Positions 63,700-64,000 of a stretch of 64,000 bases of DNA are shown here, in pieces. A program made the translations under genes and the position numbers. How positions within the stretch are numbered: position 1 is the first letter of the stretch; each line of letters begins with the position of its first letter. The notes under the pieces are model-generated. The model saw only the letters and a list, made by a program, of their open reading frames with translations. It was not told the DNA's origin and ran no database searches. Source of the stretch: Candidatus Falkowbacteria bacterium HGW-Falkowbacteria-1 (GTDB lineage Bacteria > Patescibacteriota > Patescibacteriia > Patescibacteriales > UBA12465); the NCBI GenBank assembly GCA_002840305.1, contig PHAI01000002.1:10707-74706 (forward strand). The letters are read 5' to 3'.

Positions 63700-64000
63700 T
63701 TACAAATCTCTATTGTTGTGTATTTTTTTATGTATATCCTTTAATTGTTTGCTAGTGACATGAGTGTATATTTGAGTTGTCGCAATATTTTTATGACCAA
63801 GAAATTCTTGGACCAACCTGAGATCAACTCCTTGAGCTAACAAGTCAGTGGCAAAACTATGTCGTAGCGTGTGAGGCGTGGCCATAATTGGCAGTCCAGT
63901 TATTTTTATATATTTCTTTACTATATCTTCAATGCTTTTGGGGCTCAATCTTCTGGGTTCTCCAGTTTTTTCTATACCTGGTTTATAATTTATAAAAAGG
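63700..64000 (-). CDS. Tyrosine recombinase (XerC/XerD/integrase family), C-terminal part; the 5' end lies outside the window
   Basis: [12 protein letters not shown] (HxxR) and [15 protein letters not shown] (catalytic Tyr). The frame stays open upstream of the track's TTG start to the window edge. Confidence 0.85.
   Translation of the reverse strand, partial: LFINYKPGIEKTGEPRRLSPKSIEDIVKKYIKITGLPIMATPHTLRHSFATDLLAQGVDLRLVQEFLGHKNIATTQIYTHVTSKQLKDIHKKIHNNRDL

Noticed and set aside
62547-63700. Diversity-generating retroelement targeting the FISUMP-pilin C-terminus
   Set aside because: No reverse transcriptase ORF is present, and no template repeat matching the 3' end of the gene was found in the window. 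The only repeat involves the conserved 5' end, not a variable 3' region.
1-64000. Alternative genetic code (UGA recoded, as in Gracilibacteria/Absconditabacteria)
   Set aside because: All recognisable genes are full-length under code 11 with no in-frame TGA interruptions. TGA is seen as a plausible stop (ORF 21986-22441), although TAA dominates.
1-64000. CRISPR arrays, rRNA genes, transposases, IS elements, prophage genes
   Set aside because: I saw no regularly spaced direct repeats, no rRNA-like conserved blocks, and no transposase-like ORF. The only integrase-like ORF is the partial tyrosine recombinase at the window end.

Overview
AT-rich, gene-dense bacterial window whose features fit a small-genome Patescibacteria/CPR-type organism; this is an inference from gene content, since there is no rRNA here. 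Positions 1-10668 hold a tightly packed S10/spc ribosomal-protein block (uL3 to uL15, then secY) with no L30 gene and several K/E-rich r-protein extensions. Next come housekeeping genes: map, ruvX, recO, scpAB, a DD-carboxypeptidase, dnaG-rpoD, tRNA-Asn, greA, aspS, rlmH, uvrB and an M23 peptidase. Accessory content is as follows. (i) An islet 3' of tRNA-Asn (about 21.7-26.9 kb) carries short orphan genes, each with its own consensus sigma70-type promoter and terminator, and three of them have GGAGG Shine-Dalgarno sites that the core genes lack. (ii) A surface-protein region includes two prepilin-like genes 31 kb apart that share a near-identical 5' cassette but carry unrelated C-terminal domains (a seven-repeat propeller versus a FISUMP-type domain). 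(iii) An envelope cluster comprises a TolB-like propeller, a 778-aa protein and a CapA/FG-GAP protein. (iv) A csoR / HMA-membrane-cupredoxin / copA copper module has a promoter-overlapping palindromic operator. (v) A nucleoside phosphorylase / class II aldolase / MtnA-like isomerase trio resembles a DHAP-shunt salvage route. (vi) Two unusually long non-coding gaps (rpsC-rplP, 233 nt; rlmH-uvrB, 709 nt) contain imperfect palindromes, and the second also holds two related ORF relics. No CRISPR array, rRNA, transposase or reverse transcriptase was seen. All calls rest on reading the ORF translations and the sequence by eye; no database search was run.
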